Shown: positions 1-10,221, numbered from the stretch's first letter. The stretch: DNA of 64,000 nucleotides from an uncultured delta proteobacterium (GCA_963790475.1 CAWBOS010000013.1:352001-416000); one strand, 5' to 3'. Notes: generated from the sequence alone by a model not told the origin. Translations and numbers: made by a program.

Positions 1-1
1 C

Positions 2-1765
2 CGGAGAGAGTCAGCTATTATCTTGATCGCCCAACCCGATGCCCTGGATCAATATTTTATCCGCCATCCGGAAGATTTCTTTGAACGCAGTTTTGAAACG
101 GCGGTGGTTGATCCCGACAACAGTCCCATTCTCAAGGCCCACCTGACCTGTGCCGCAGCCGAGTTCCCTCTTTCGCCCGAAGATTCTTTCCTGCAGCCGA
201 CCCGGCATCTTCGGGAGATCCGGGAATTGGAAAAAGAAGGGCGTCTATTATTGACCGCCCGCGGTGAAGAATGGATTTCGGCCAAAAAACGTCCTCATCG
301 GGAAGTCAATATCCGGTCCATCGGGGAAGCGTTTACCATACTCAAAGGAGAAAAAGGAGCGGTGATTGGTACCCTGGACCGCCTGAGGGCCTTTAGAGAG
401 TGCCATCCCGGGGCCATCTACCTCCATAAAGCCGAATCTTTTCTGGTGGAACGGTTGGAGCTTAAGGAAAAGAATGTCTATGTAACCCGGAAGGAGGTCA
501 ATTACTACACCCGGATCGTGGCCCAGAAAGAGACCGAGATTATTCAGCGGGAACAGGTGCGGCCGGTTGGGAACTTTCTGGTCAATTTTGGCAAAATTCT
601 GGTAACCGAAACCTTTACCGGCTATGAAAAACGGGCCATTCACGGACAAGAGCTCCTGGGAGTCTATCCCCTGGAATTGCCTTCCCAGACATTTGAAACC
701 GAGGGTTTGTGGATTGAAATTGAAGAGGTTATTCAGGACCAGATGAAAACGCAGGGTTTTCATGTCATGGGAGGACTTCATGCCCTGGAACATGGGGCCA
801 TCGGCATCTTTCCCCTTTATGCCCTCTGTGACCGGGGTGATATTGGAGGGATCTGCTATCCGCACCATCCTCAAGTGGGCAAAGGGACCATCTTTATTTA
901 TGACGGCTATCCCGGCGGCGTAGGATTGGCCAAACGGGGTTATGAAATAATCGAGGGTCTTTTGCAGAAAACCCTTCACCTGATTTCGGAATGTCCCTGT
1001 GAGGGAGGCTGTCCTTCCTGTATCCATTCGCCGCAGTGCGGATCAGGAAATAAACCTTTAGACAAGCCAGGGTCCATTTACCTGACCCGGCTGCTCCTCG
1101 GGCAAATCCCCCTTACGGTTTCAGAAAAGAGACTCCCCTCGCTGATGGAAACCATAAGAGGTTTCGAATCAGAAGAACCCGATCCGAGAAAACCCCGCCT
1201 CGGTTTTTTTGATCTGGAAACCCAGCGTCTGGCCGAGGAGGTGGGCGGGTGGGGGAATAAACACCTGATGCGCTTATCCGTGGGAGTGGTCTATGATAGT
1301 AAGGACCAGCGATATCATCATTACCACGAGGCGGAGGTCCATTCTCTGATCGAGCACTTGAAAAAATTCGATCTGGTCGTGGGGTTTAATGTTAAAAACT
1401 TTGACTACGGTGTGTTAAAAGGGTATTCTTCTTTTGATTTTAATTCCCTTCCGACCCTTGATTTGCTGGAAGATGTCTATTCCTGCCTGGGTTTTCGATT
1501 GAGCCTGGACCACCTGGGGCAGAAAACCTTAGGAACACAAAAAATGGGAAACGGCTTCCTGGCAGTTCAATGGTTCCGGGAAGGGAAGCTGGAACCCCTG
1601 ATAGAATACTGTCGGCAGGATGTGGAAATAACCAAATCTCTCTTTGAATTCGGGCAAAAAAACGAACATGTTTTATTTGAAAGCAAGGCCGCCCAATTGG
1701 TTCGCTGCCCGATCGATTGGAGTGTTGATCGGATCAATAAAATAATAGTGAAAAGTGACGGGTGA
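2..1765 (+). CDS. DEAD/DEAH-box helicase (Hrq1/MrfA/SftH family, DUF1998 Zn domain) fused to C-terminal RNase H-like DEDD exonuclease; 5' partial
   Basis: DUF1998-type motifs LHALEH, FIYDGYPGGVG, CPCEGGCPSC; C-terminal FFDLETQ, GFNVKNFD, YCRQDV exonuclease motifs; frame open from window start. Confidence 0.88.
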   Translation, partial: RRESAIILIAQPDALDQYFIRHPEDFFERSFETAVVDPDNSPILKAHLTCAAAEFPLSPEDSFLQPTRHLREIRELEKEGRLLLTARGEEWISAKKRPHREVNIRSIGEAFTILKGEKGAVIGTLDRLRAFRECHPGAIYLHKAESFLVERLELKEKNVYVTRKEVNYYTRIVAQKETEIIQREQVRPVGNFLVNFGKILVTETFTGYEKRAIHGQELLGVYPLELPSQTFETEGLWIEIEEVIQDQMKTQGFHVMGGLHALEHGAIGIFPLYALCDRGDIGGICYPHHPQVGKGTIFIYDGYPGGVGLAKRGYEIIEGLLQKTLHLISECPCEGGCPSCIHSPQCGSGNKPLDKPGSIYLTRLLLGQIPLTVSEKRLPSLMETIRGFESEEPDPRKPRLGFFDLETQRLAEEVGGWGNKHLMRLSVGVVYDSKDQRYHHYHEAEVHSLIEHLKKFDLVVGFNVKNFDYGVLKGYSSFDFNSLPTLDLLEDVYSCLGFRLSLDHLGQKTLGTQKMGNGFLAVQWFREGKLEPLIEYCRQDVEITKSLFEFGQKNEHVLFESKAAQLVRCPIDWSVDRINKIIVKSDG

Positions 1766-1886
1766 CCGGAAAATTCAGGGAATCTGTGAAACGGGGAAGG
1801 GGTGAAACGGAGAGAAGAAACATCACTCCGATTCCCCGATTCCCCGGTTCCCCGGTTCCCCGGTTCGTCACTCGTCACACGTCACC
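1755..1886. repeat. Nested short tandem repeats (8-mer ttccccg(a/g) about x5 inside inverted gtgac/gtcac 7-mer arrays)
   Basis: ccgattccccgattccccggttccccggttccccggttc followed by cgtcactcgtcacacgtcac; complementary gtgacgggtgac and acggggaaggggtgaaacgg upstream. Confidence 0.8.
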
Positions 1887-1910
1887 ATTTTTTGAGAGGA
1901 GGTAAACCCT

Positions 1911-2291
1911 ATGCCGATTTATGAATACGAATGCCGGGATTGTCATAAAAGGTCCTCATTCCTAATCATGAATCTGGAAAAAGAGATTCCTGAGTTGCGT
2001 TGTAAAAAATGCCATTCCTCCGCTTTGGACCGGATTGTTTCCCGGGTGAATGTCGTTAAATCCGAAGAGGCCCGGATGGAAAGTCTGGCCGATCCCTCCA
2101 AGCTGGGGGGGCTGGATGAAAATGACCCCAAGAGCGTGGCCAGGTGGATGAAAAAGATGGGCAAAGAAATGGGTGAAGAGATGGGTGGAGAAGATTTTGA
2201 TCAGATGGTCGATGAGGCCATGATCGAATCGGAAAAGGGGCTGGGTCCCGAAGGGGAAGGAAGCCCCTCTGATTTTGGAGACGATTTATAA
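1911..2291 (+). CDS. FmdB-family zinc-ribbon protein with acidic C-terminal extension
   Basis: MPIYEYECRDC...CKKC signature; gaggagg RBS. Confidence 0.9.
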   Translation: MPIYEYECRDCHKRSSFLIMNLEKEIPELRCKKCHSSALDRIVSRVNVVKSEEARMESLADPSKLGGLDENDPKSVARWMKKMGKEMGEEMGGEDFDQMVDEAMIESEKGLGPEGEGSPSDFGDDL

Positions 2292-2294
2292 GAT

Positions 2295-2458
2295 GATGGA
2301 CTTGTAAAAAGTCGCCTGGACCGTTCACCCCGGCGAAAGCCGGGGTCCAGAAGAATATAACTTTTTCAATCACTGGATTCCGGCTGGAGTCTATCCCGCA
2401 CTTGATGCGGGACCGGAATGACGAAAACGGGTTTTCTGCGACTTTCTGCAACCCTGTT
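2295..2458. mobile_element. MITE-like element with imperfect terminal inverted repeats carrying REP-like palindromes
   Basis: gatggacttgtaaaaagtcgc ... gcgactttctgcaaccctgtt; internal ccccggcgaaagccggggtccag and ctggattccggc...ccggaatgacg. Confidence 0.6.
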
Positions 2459-2528
2459 AAAGATCAGAGTTTCTTAATTCTGACTTCTAAGCTTATGATA
2501 TTTACTCTAACCAGGATATAGTTCACCG

Positions 2529-4313
2529 ATGGCTTTTCAAAATAAAGTCGGTTTTAAATTAATCCTTATCTATTTGTTTTCTCTGGTCCTGGCCCTGTCC
2601 GCTGTTATGGTGGTAGCCGAATCCATCATAACCCAACAGATCCATAGGCGGCACCAAAAGAGACTGGACGCCCTGACCGAGAAAATCTTTTTCAGTCTGG
2701 AAAAACAAAAGGACCAAATCCGGTTATTGGCCACGGCCATCGCCAATTTCGGACGAATGGGCCCATTGGTTGCCAAAGAAGACAAAAGGAATATTCGGAC
2801 TTTGGTCTATTCGGTTTTTCAAGAGTCCGACCTGGACGTTTTATTTGTCCTCGGGCAGCAGGGGAAAGAACTGGTTCAACTGGAATCGGATGATTTTCAC
2901 AAGTTGGAGCCGGAGGAAAGCCGTCAAATAAAGAAGGCTATTCTCGGATCCTACGGCGTCCGATTAAGCAAATGGGAACATGGGATTTTTGTCAGCGGCA
3001 GTTCCCCGATTTACAATGAACAAGAATTAACCGGCCGGGTCTATGCCGGGGTCTTGATCGACAACAGCTATCTGGATGAATTGGCTAAAGGGATGGACAC
3101 CTTTATGGCCATTGTCCGGGAAGGAAAGGTCATTGCCAGCACCTTCACTAAAAAAGGGGGGGAAGGTGATGAATTGGAATTTTCCGAGGATGTGCTTCAG
3201 GACATCAAGGCCATGATGGGTCAGTCTCTGCCGGTTGTGGTGGAAGAAAAATCTTATACTATGAAATCCCTGCCTTTGAGAGATCGGGGAGGTGACATCT
3301 CTGGTTTTTTGGTCATTGGCCTTTCGAGAGTGGAATTGAATCAAACGGTTAGTTCCCTGCGCCGGACTATCCTGGGGGTGGGGGGCGGAGGGGCTTTACT
3401 CGGAGTCCTTTTGATGATTTTCCTAAGCTCAAGAATGAGGCGGCAAATCGTCCTTCTTTCAGTAGGGACCGAGAGGGTTACCTCCGGGGATCTTAAAAAA
3501 CCAATCCCGGAAATCAGCAAAGATGAACTGGGTGTTCTGGCCCGCTCTTTTAACCAGATGGCTCAGACTCTGGAGGAACGGGACCAGGTCCTCCGGGAAG
3601 AGAAAGAAAAAATTCTGGCCAATGTGGACTTTCTTTCCATGATGGTCCATGATATCAAAGCCCCCATGGCCGGAGTCAGTTTGATGATTGAAACTTTATT
3701 GGAAGAAAATCTTTCTAAAGAAATCAAACAACGCCTGGCCGGAATGGGGGAAAGCATCGAAGAATTATTGGGTCATCTTTATAATGTATTGACCATCTCC
3801 AAGATTGAAAAAGGACCATTTACCCTTAAATTAGAACCGGTAGACCTCAATGCTTCTGTGGCCTATGTCAGTTTCCAGTGTCGGGTGATGGCTGACCGAA
3901 AGGGGATTCAGGTTCTGGAGGACCTGGCCCAGGACCTGCCGGCCTTGCAGGCCGATGAGTTTTACCTGGAACGGCTGATTTATAATCTCTTGATCAATGC
4001 TATCCATTGGACCCCCCGGGAAGGATGCATTACCATAAAGACAGAGTTCCGGCAGGAAGAAGGAAAAAGGACGATCACCTTGGAGGTGGCCGACAGTGGC
4101 CCGGGAATTTCTCCGGAACTAAAATCCGGTCTCTTTGAAAAATTCATTTCTCAACCGGAAAAAGGGGATTTAACCGGGACCCACTCCGGGTTGGGCTTGC
4201 ACATCTCCCAATCCATAATCCAGGCTCATGGCGGGACCCTGCGGGAGGAGGGAAAATCCGGGGAAGGGGCGCGATTTATCTGTATTTTCCCCATCAACGA
4301 AAGTGATGCATAG
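2529..4313 (+). CDS. Membrane sensor histidine kinase (periplasmic Cache-like, HAMP, HisKA, HATPase)
   Basis: Two TM segments, DELGVLARSFNQM HAMP, MVHDIKAP H-box, NLLINA N-box, DSGPGI and GLGL G-boxes. Confidence 0.93.
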   Translation: MAFQNKVGFKLILIYLFSLVLALSAVMVVAESIITQQIHRRHQKRLDALTEKIFFSLEKQKDQIRLLATAIANFGRMGPLVAKEDKRNIRTLVYSVFQESDLDVLFVLGQQGKELVQLESDDFHKLEPEESRQIKKAILGSYGVRLSKWEHGIFVSGSSPIYNEQELTGRVYAGVLIDNSYLDELAKGMDTFMAIVREGKVIASTFTKKGGEGDELEFSEDVLQDIKAMMGQSLPVVVEEKSYTMKSLPLRDRGGDISGFLVIGLSRVELNQTVSSLRRTILGVGGGGALLGVLLMIFLSSRMRRQIVLLSVGTERVTSGDLKKPIPEISKDELGVLARSFNQMAQTLEERDQVLREEKEKILANVDFLSMMVHDIKAPMAGVSLMIETLLEENLSKEIKQRLAGMGESIEELLGHLYNVLTISKIEKGPFTLKLEPVDLNASVAYVSFQCRVMADRKGIQVLEDLAQDLPALQADEFYLERLIYNLLINAIHWTPREGCITIKTEFRQEEGKRTITLEVADSGPGISPELKSGLFEKFISQPEKGDLTGTHSGLGLHISQSIIQAHGGTLREEGKSGEGARFICIFPINESDA

Positions 4314-4316
4314 CTT

Positions 4317-5741
4317 ATGGCCCAGATATTAGTAGTTGACGATGACCTTAATACCTGCCTGTCATTGACCGCCGCTTTGAGTAAGGAAGGACATCAGGTT
4401 CTTGAAGCGCATTCCGGTAACGAGGCCCTGGAAAAAATAGGCCTTCAGGAAGTCGACTTAACGATCATCGATTTAATGATGCCGGGCATGAACGGATTGG
4501 AATTTTTTCAATCCATGAAAGCCCTGCACCCTGAAGTGGTGGCGATCATGATTTCCGCCCGACCTACCGTGGATGTGGCGGTAAGCGCCATCAAAAGCGG
4601 AATCTATGATTTCATTACCAAACCCTTTAAATTAGGGGAGATTAAAAAGGCCGTAGCCAAAGCGCTGGAGGCCAAAAGCCTGCTTTCGGAAAACAGACGC
4701 CTGCGCCAGGCCCTGCGGGAGAAGGCTTCCTTTTCCAAAATTATCGGCAAAAGTCCGGCCTTTATGCAAATCATAGACCTGATTCCCAAGGTGGCTTCGA
4801 CCCGCAGTACCGTGCTATTGTCCGGCGAAAGCGGGACCGGAAAAGAAATCATCGCAGAGGCCATTCATTTTGCCAGTCCCCGAGGGGAAGGCCCTTTGGT
4901 GAAAATCAACTGCGGGGCATTGTCGGAAAGCTTGCTGGAATCGGAATTGTTCGGTCATGAAAAAGGGGCCTTCACCGGGGCCCATCAACAGAGGATGGGC
5001 CGTTTTGAAATGGCCAACGGGGGGACCCTTTTCCTGGACGAGATCGGGGAAATGAGTCTGGGAATGCAGGTCAAACTCCTTCGGGTGCTCCAGGACGGGT
5101 CTTTTGAACGGGTGGGAAGCAGCAGGACCATTCAGGTGGATGTACGGATTATCGCCGCCTCCAACCGGGATTTGGAGCGGGAGGTCAAAGAAGGGCGTTT
5201 CCGCCAGGACCTCTTTTATCGTTTAAATGTCATCACCCTCGAAATCCCCCCTTTGAGGAAACGGATTGAGGATATCCCTTTGCTGGCCGGATATTTTTTA
5301 AACAAGTACTCTGAAATGAACGGGAAAAACATCTTAGGCTTGTCACCGGAGGTCCATCAGATATTAAGTAATTATCCCTGGCCGGGAAATGTGAGGGAAC
5401 TGGAGAATGTTGTTGAAAGGGCGGTTTCGCTTTGTACGGCTCAAACGATTGAACTCCCCGACCTCCCCCCCAGGCTTAAACTTGAAAGTACGATTGAAAG
5501 GGCGGTTTCATTTGGCCAGACCCAGGAGATTGATATGCCGGCGGTCCCGCTTCCAAGGCCCGAGGCGCCTTTTGCCGGCAGTTATTTAGTCATTCCTTTA
5601 GGGATATCTTTAGATAAAATCGAACAGACCGTCATCGATAAAACGCTGGCAAAGACCCAAGGGGACAAAAAAGCTGCCGCCCGTCAGTTGGGAATCAGCC
5701 TTTCCAGTCTCTATAATAAACTAAACCAAAAGGAATCATAA
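4317..5741 (+). CDS. Sigma-54-dependent response regulator (NtrC/Fis family)
   Basis: REC (VDDD, DLMMP), [33 protein letters not shown]-terminal HTH. Confidence 0.96.
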   Translation: MAQILVVDDDLNTCLSLTAALSKEGHQVLEAHSGNEALEKIGLQEVDLTIIDLMMPGMNGLEFFQSMKALHPEVVAIMISARPTVDVAVSAIKSGIYDFITKPFKLGEIKKAVAKALEAKSLLSENRRLRQALREKASFSKIIGKSPAFMQIIDLIPKVASTRSTVLLSGESGTGKEIIAEAIHFASPRGEGPLVKINCGALSESLLESELFGHEKGAFTGAHQQRMGRFEMANGGTLFLDEIGEMSLGMQVKLLRVLQDGSFERVGSSRTIQVDVRIIAASNRDLEREVKEGRFRQDLFYRLNVITLEIPPLRKRIEDIPLLAGYFLNKYSEMNGKNILGLSPEVHQILSNYPWPGNVRELENVVERAVSLCTAQTIELPDLPPRLKLESTIERAVSFGQTQEIDMPAVPLPRPEAPFAGSYLVIPLGISLDKIEQTVIDKTLAKTQGDKKAAARQLGISLSSLYNKLNQKES

Positions 5742-5886
5742 ATCGGGGCAAAGATTGTCAAACTTTTTCTGTTGCGCCTTACGAGTTTTTAGGGAAAGAG
5801 TAGGCCTTTTTTAATTTGCTACCCGCACTCCGTAAGAGTATTTATTTTTGAGAAAAATTCTCGAGATTAAAAGGTGTTTAAATCGA

Positions 5887-8800
5887 ATGGCCTTTTTTCA
5901 AACCCTTCTTCTGGCTTTGCTGGTTTGGGTCCTGACTTTCCCCGTCGGACAGGGTGAACTTTCGGCTGCGTCCAACCCCAAAACCAAAACAACCAGGGAA
6001 ATGCCCGGAGTGGAAACCAAGGTCAAACAGGTGCCTGGCGATAGTCCTTTCAAGGTTCCTCTCTGGAAAATCCATTGGGAGAAGGCCCGTCAATCAGTCC
6101 TCCTGAAAAAATATCCGGAGGCCGTGCTGGATTTTCAAAAAGCCCTGGCTTTGAAACCGAATCTGGATGAGGCTCGGTTGGAGTTGGCCCAGGTTCTGGT
6201 TACCCAGGAGCGATGGGGAGAAGCGGTCACCGAGCTGGAGGCGGTTGCTGAGCACCAGCCGCTCAATCAGAAGGTCCAAAAAGATCTGGCCGATCTCCTG
6301 TCTCGAAAAAAGGAGTTTCGCCGGGCTATTGAACGGTACCAATGGCTTTTGCAGAGGGATCCGGATAATCTGCAGATCCGTTTATCTTTAGCCTCCGACT
6401 ACTTTCAAATTAATGAATTGGAAAAGGCTTTGATTGAATGGCGTCAGGTGCTTATTCGAGATCCCCAGCATGTTGAGGCCAGGACCCACCTGGCTGAAGT
6501 CTTAGCCGCTACTCGGCGGCTGGATGAATCCATCATTCTCCTGGAAGGCCTGGTTAAACAATTTCCCAAACAATCCAGTTTGAAGAAGAAGCTGGCCCAG
6601 GTCCTGATATCGGCCCAAAGAAATAAAGAGGCCCTGCCCTACCTTCAGGAACTGAATCGGCAAGAGCCGGGAGAACCGGAAATCCAATTGATGTTGGCCC
6701 AGGTCCTGTCTGCCGGAAAGCAATACGATCAGTCCCTGACCTATCTGGACGCTTATTTGAAGAAGAAACCGGACCAGAGCAGTGCCCTCATCGAAAAGGC
6801 CCGGGCTTTATTATTTACCGGAGATTATTCTCAGGCTTTGGAAATTTATGAAAGGCTCAGGAAAATAGAACCCAACAACGTAGATCTTCAACGGGAGATC
6901 GCTGAGGCCTATTTTTCATCCGGGAAAACCAAAGAGGCCCTTTCGGAATATCAAAAATTGGCAAAACAGTTTCCCAATGAATATCAACTCCACGAAAAAA
7001 TCGGAGAATTGTACCTTCAAAACAAAAATTACAGCCAGGCCGTTTCTCCTTTCCAAAAGGCCTTGTCCATCGAACCGGAAAACAGTGTTGCTCATTTGAA
7101 TTTGGCCAGGGCCTATAATTTTTCAGGGGAGAAAGAAAAGGCCCTGCCCCTTTACCGTGAACTCTTGTCCCGAAGAAATGATTGGAAAATACAGGTTGAA
7201 ATGGCCGATCTTTTGTTCGATATCCGGCAATTTCCTGAGGCCTTTTCAATTTTTCAACAGATATTGAAAGAACATCCGGAGCTTTGGGAAGTCCGTTTCA
7301 AATTAGCTACCGGTTTGTACCACCAGAAGGAATTCGACCTGGCGGCCCGAGAACTGGAAATCTTGATCCAGACAAAACCCGACAATGCCAGCATCTGGAT
7401 TTTGGCCGGTTATAATGCCCTGGATCAAGGAGATTATCCCCAAGCCCATAAGGCCTTCCAAAAAGTGCTGACTTTAGGAGAAGACCAGGGGAATACCCTG
7501 CTCAGACTGGGGGAGATCTCCCGATTGCAGGGTCGTCCCTGGAAGGGAATCAGCTATCTGGATTGGGCCCTGACCATTAAACCTGGCGACCAGGAAATCC
7601 TGATTGAAAAGGCCATGGCTCTGACAGACGGCGGAGGATGGTCCCTGGCTCGTAAAATCCTGGAACCTATGATCCAAAATAATCCTGATAGCTTTAAGGT
7701 TCAACGGGCCTGGACCTGGTTAATGGCCGCCCTGGACCGGAGAGATGAATGTGAGGCTGGCTGGGAAAAACTGGAGAGAAGTTTTCCCTTGGAACAAGAC
7801 CTGATATTTAAGGATCGGGCGGATTTCTATCTTCGAAAGAAAAAACCGGAGCTGGCCCTGACCGCCCTGAGAGCCGCCCAGATAAAAAACCCTAAAAATC
7901 TGGAAATTCAGAAAAGAATCGGACGGCTTTTGCTCCAAATGAGGCAGTGGGAAGAGGCCGAGATCTTTTATCAGAATCTGGAAAATAATAACATCCTGTT
8001 AAATGAGGTTTATCTGGCTCAAGCCCTACTCCTGATCCGCCGGGGGAAAAATGATCCAGCCAGGGAATACTTATGGAAGGCGTTGATAAAAGCCCCGGAT
8101 TCGGTGAGGGTCCGTTTCTGGTTATGGCGTGTTCTGAACCAGGGAGACATGGGGAGCGAAGAGCTGAAAAAAATTGAGGAAGTCCTGTTTAAATTTGCCC
8201 GATCACAGGAGGGCGGTATCCTGGAACTGGCAGAGGGTTATCAGGAGATCGGGGACTGGAAAAAGGCCTACGCCTCCTACCTCGAGCTGATCGAAAAAGG
8301 GGAGGAGGATGACGATGTCCTTTTGTCCGCCAACCGAATCTCGGATTTCCTTTTGGTCGCGGAGAAAGCAGAACCCCTTCAGGAGATGCTGGAAGATCTG
8401 CAAAAAAGATTTCCCCGAAACCAGGGGATCACTCGCCGGTTAATTGAGTATTACACCCGGGAAAAGGAATATGGACCGGCGGTAAAAGCCATTGATGCAT
8501 TGCTGAAGGTGGAAGATCCCCTTGATCCGGTATTGATGGTCCATAAGGCCCGTCTCCTGGAACGGTGGAATAAACATTCGGATTCCCAGACCACTTATCA
8601 AAAACTGCTGGACCCGCCTGTGGATTTGCTATTCCGGGAAAAGGTCAACGAACTTATTTTAAAGCAGGACAACGTCGATGATTCTTTTTTGAAGAAAATC
8701 ACAGGAACCGAGAAGACCGCTTTTGTTAATTCCTTTTATGAGGAAACCAAAAGGAAGATGGAGTTTCTTCCATTGGAGCCTAACTTGAAAGACAGGTTGA

Positions 8801-8994
8801 AAACCATCGTGGATGATTTTAAAGCCAAGGCCTTGATCCAAAAGAAGGTGTTCCTGGAAAAAGAGGGAAAAGACTATTTGTGGAGAAATCAATTTCTCCA
8901 GGCCAGACCCCTACTGGAAGAATTGAAAGACATCGATCCTGATAATGAAGAGGTGCATCCGGATATAGACAGAGCCTATCGGAATTTAAATTAG
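5887..8994 (+). CDS. Large exported tetratricopeptide-repeat protein
   Basis: Hydrophobic N-terminal signal; many 34-aa TPR-like repeats; start may be TTG at 5848. Confidence 0.88.
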   Translation: MAFFQTLLLALLVWVLTFPVGQGELSAASNPKTKTTREMPGVETKVKQVPGDSPFKVPLWKIHWEKARQSVLLKKYPEAVLDFQKALALKPNLDEARLELAQVLVTQERWGEAVTELEAVAEHQPLNQKVQKDLADLLSRKKEFRRAIERYQWLLQRDPDNLQIRLSLASDYFQINELEKALIEWRQVLIRDPQHVEARTHLAEVLAATRRLDESIILLEGLVKQFPKQSSLKKKLAQVLISAQRNKEALPYLQELNRQEPGEPEIQLMLAQVLSAGKQYDQSLTYLDAYLKKKPDQSSALIEKARALLFTGDYSQALEIYERLRKIEPNNVDLQREIAEAYFSSGKTKEALSEYQKLAKQFPNEYQLHEKIGELYLQNKNYSQAVSPFQKALSIEPENSVAHLNLARAYNFSGEKEKALPLYRELLSRRNDWKIQVEMADLLFDIRQFPEAFSIFQQILKEHPELWEVRFKLATGLYHQKEFDLAARELEILIQTKPDNASIWILAGYNALDQGDYPQAHKAFQKVLTLGEDQGNTLLRLGEISRLQGRPWKGISYLDWALTIKPGDQEILIEKAMALTDGGGWSLARKILEPMIQNNPDSFKVQRAWTWLMAALDRRDECEAGWEKLERSFPLEQDLIFKDRADFYLRKKKPELALTALRAAQIKNPKNLEIQKRIGRLLLQMRQWEEAEIFYQNLENNNILLNEVYLAQALLLIRRGKNDPAREYLWKALIKAPDSVRVRFWLWRVLNQGDMGSEELKKIEEVLFKFARSQEGGILELAEGYQEIGDWKKAYASYLELIEKGEEDDDVLLSANRISDFLLVAEKAEPLQEMLEDLQKRFPRNQGITRRLIEYYTREKEYGPAVKAIDALLKVEDPLDPVLMVHKARLLERWNKHSDSQTTYQKLLDPPVDLLFREKVNELILKQDNVDDSFLKKITGTEKTAFVNSFYEETKRKMEFLPLEPNLKDRLKTIVDDFKAKALIQKKVFLEKEGKDYLWRNQFLQARPLLEELKDIDPDNEEVHPDIDRAYRNLN

Positions 8995-9004
8995 ATTCAT
9001 ATTC

Positions 9005-9150
9005 CCTTAAATCTGAAAATTCTTCTCTAACCTAAACACGGTTACGGTTTGCGGGCTTTGGGTTGCGAATAAAGAAAGCATAATCCTTTCTCTAAAAACT
9101 CGTAACGCACAACTCGCTGCTCACCAATGAGAAATTTCAAATATCTTTGG
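9005..9150. repeat. Intergenic element with inverted ggtt(a/g)cg-type heptamer arrays; related copies at 48010-48080 and 59889-59906
   Basis: Left end resembles reverse complement of 48010-48080; 18 bp aaatttcaaatatctttg is exactly inverted at 59889. Confidence 0.6.
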
Positions 9151-9159
9151 TCAGCCTTT

Positions 9160-10125
9160 TCAATCTTTAAGAATCTTTCTTTTTAAGACCCGGTGCCAAT
9201 CTGTGAAGTCCCCTTCTCCCCGGTCCTGTTCCCGATGATCGGTCATCATCTTTAATTTTCCTTCCAAATCGTCGAGCATATGAACTATCAAGGCCTCTCG
9301 AGTCTGAGGAAGGACCGGCGAGCCGAATTCCAATTGGCCGTGATGAGCGAGGATGATATGTTCCAACTGGGTCAACAACCGGGGATCATCCCAGGACTTC
9401 TCCTTAGCCGCCTCCCGGATCATGGCCCAGCCCTGGGTCAGATGCCCCAATAATTGACCGGCATAAGTATTATGGGTGGAAAGATATCCCTCCAGTTCCT
9501 GCAATTTGCCGATATCATGGAGAACCGCCCCGGCCAGGATCAGGTCCTGGTTCAATTCCGGATAGAGCCGACCGACCTCTCTGGCTAATTGAACCACACG
9601 ACAGGTGTGTTCCAGAAGTCCTCCCCTATAGGCGTGATGATATATTTTAGAGGCCGGCCACTGCTTCCATCCTTCCTCATGGGCTTCCAGCAAAGAAAGG
9701 GTTAATTCCCGCAGAGCCGGGTGTTGGATTTCATCTTTGACCCCGGTTAACAAATCATTCCAAAGAGAAGAAATATCCAGAGTAGAAACGGGAATCAATA
9801 AATCGGGATTAAACCCGGCCAAACCGAGCTGTTCGGAAGACCAGTGCTGGATCCCTTTGATACGCTCGATGCTTAACTGGGGTTCGTCCTGATAGGTTTC
9901 GACCCGGCCGGCAATACCGGCAAATTGTCCCTCGGCGAACAAAGAATCGAATTGATCCACAGCTTCACTCCAGATCTTGGCCCCCAGGGTTCCGGTTCGA
10001 TCAGCCAGTGAAATATCCAGATAATCTTTTCCTGTTCTGGTTTGACGCCGTTCTTTCTTTTTGATCAGAAAAAACTGATTGATCCTGTCGCCTGGTTTAA
10101 GATCGGTTATGAAAGTATGGGGCAT
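9160..10125 (-). CDS. yhaM: 3'-5' exoribonuclease YhaM/Cbf1 family (OB fold + HD domain)
   Basis: N-terminal OB fold, HHAYRGGLLEHT, LHDIGK, HHGQLEFGSP; ggagg RBS before MPHT. Confidence 0.88.
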   Translation of the reverse strand: MPHTFITDLKPGDRINQFFLIKKKERRQTRTGKDYLDISLADRTGTLGAKIWSEAVDQFDSLFAEGQFAGIAGRVETYQDEPQLSIERIKGIQHWSSEQLGLAGFNPDLLIPVSTLDISSLWNDLLTGVKDEIQHPALRELTLSLLEAHEEGWKQWPASKIYHHAYRGGLLEHTCRVVQLAREVGRLYPELNQDLILAGAVLHDIGKLQELEGYLSTHNTYAGQLLGHLTQGWAMIREAAKEKSWDDPRLLTQLEHIILAHHGQLEFGSPVLPQTREALIVHMLDDLEGKLKMMTDHREQDRGEGDFTDWHRVLKRKILKD

Positions 10126-10221
10126 GTGGCCTCCGTATAGCTCATTGCTCATGGCTCATAGCTGATAGTCAAAACCGCTCGCAGTTCTATCTGAAAAAGG
10201 ACTCATCATCAAATTATTCTT

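Noticed and set aside
248-1027. Long antisense ORFs (259 aa here; also 24403-25026, 14795-15355, 41792-42346)
   Set aside because: They are shadows of well-supported genes on the opposite strand and carry no recognisable motifs.
2-1765. DISARM/Druantia-type defence system suggested by DUF1998
   Set aside because: No methylase, phospholipase D or other defence neighbours downstream; motifs fit the MrfA/Hrq1 repair family. Upstream context is outside the window.
1826-1886. CRISPR array (here and at the other repeat tracts)
   Set aside because: Units are 7-8 bp with no unique spacers, and there are no cas genes.
5742-5886. Sigma-54 promoter before the TPR gene
   Set aside because: No TGGCAC-N5-TTGC with correct spacing.
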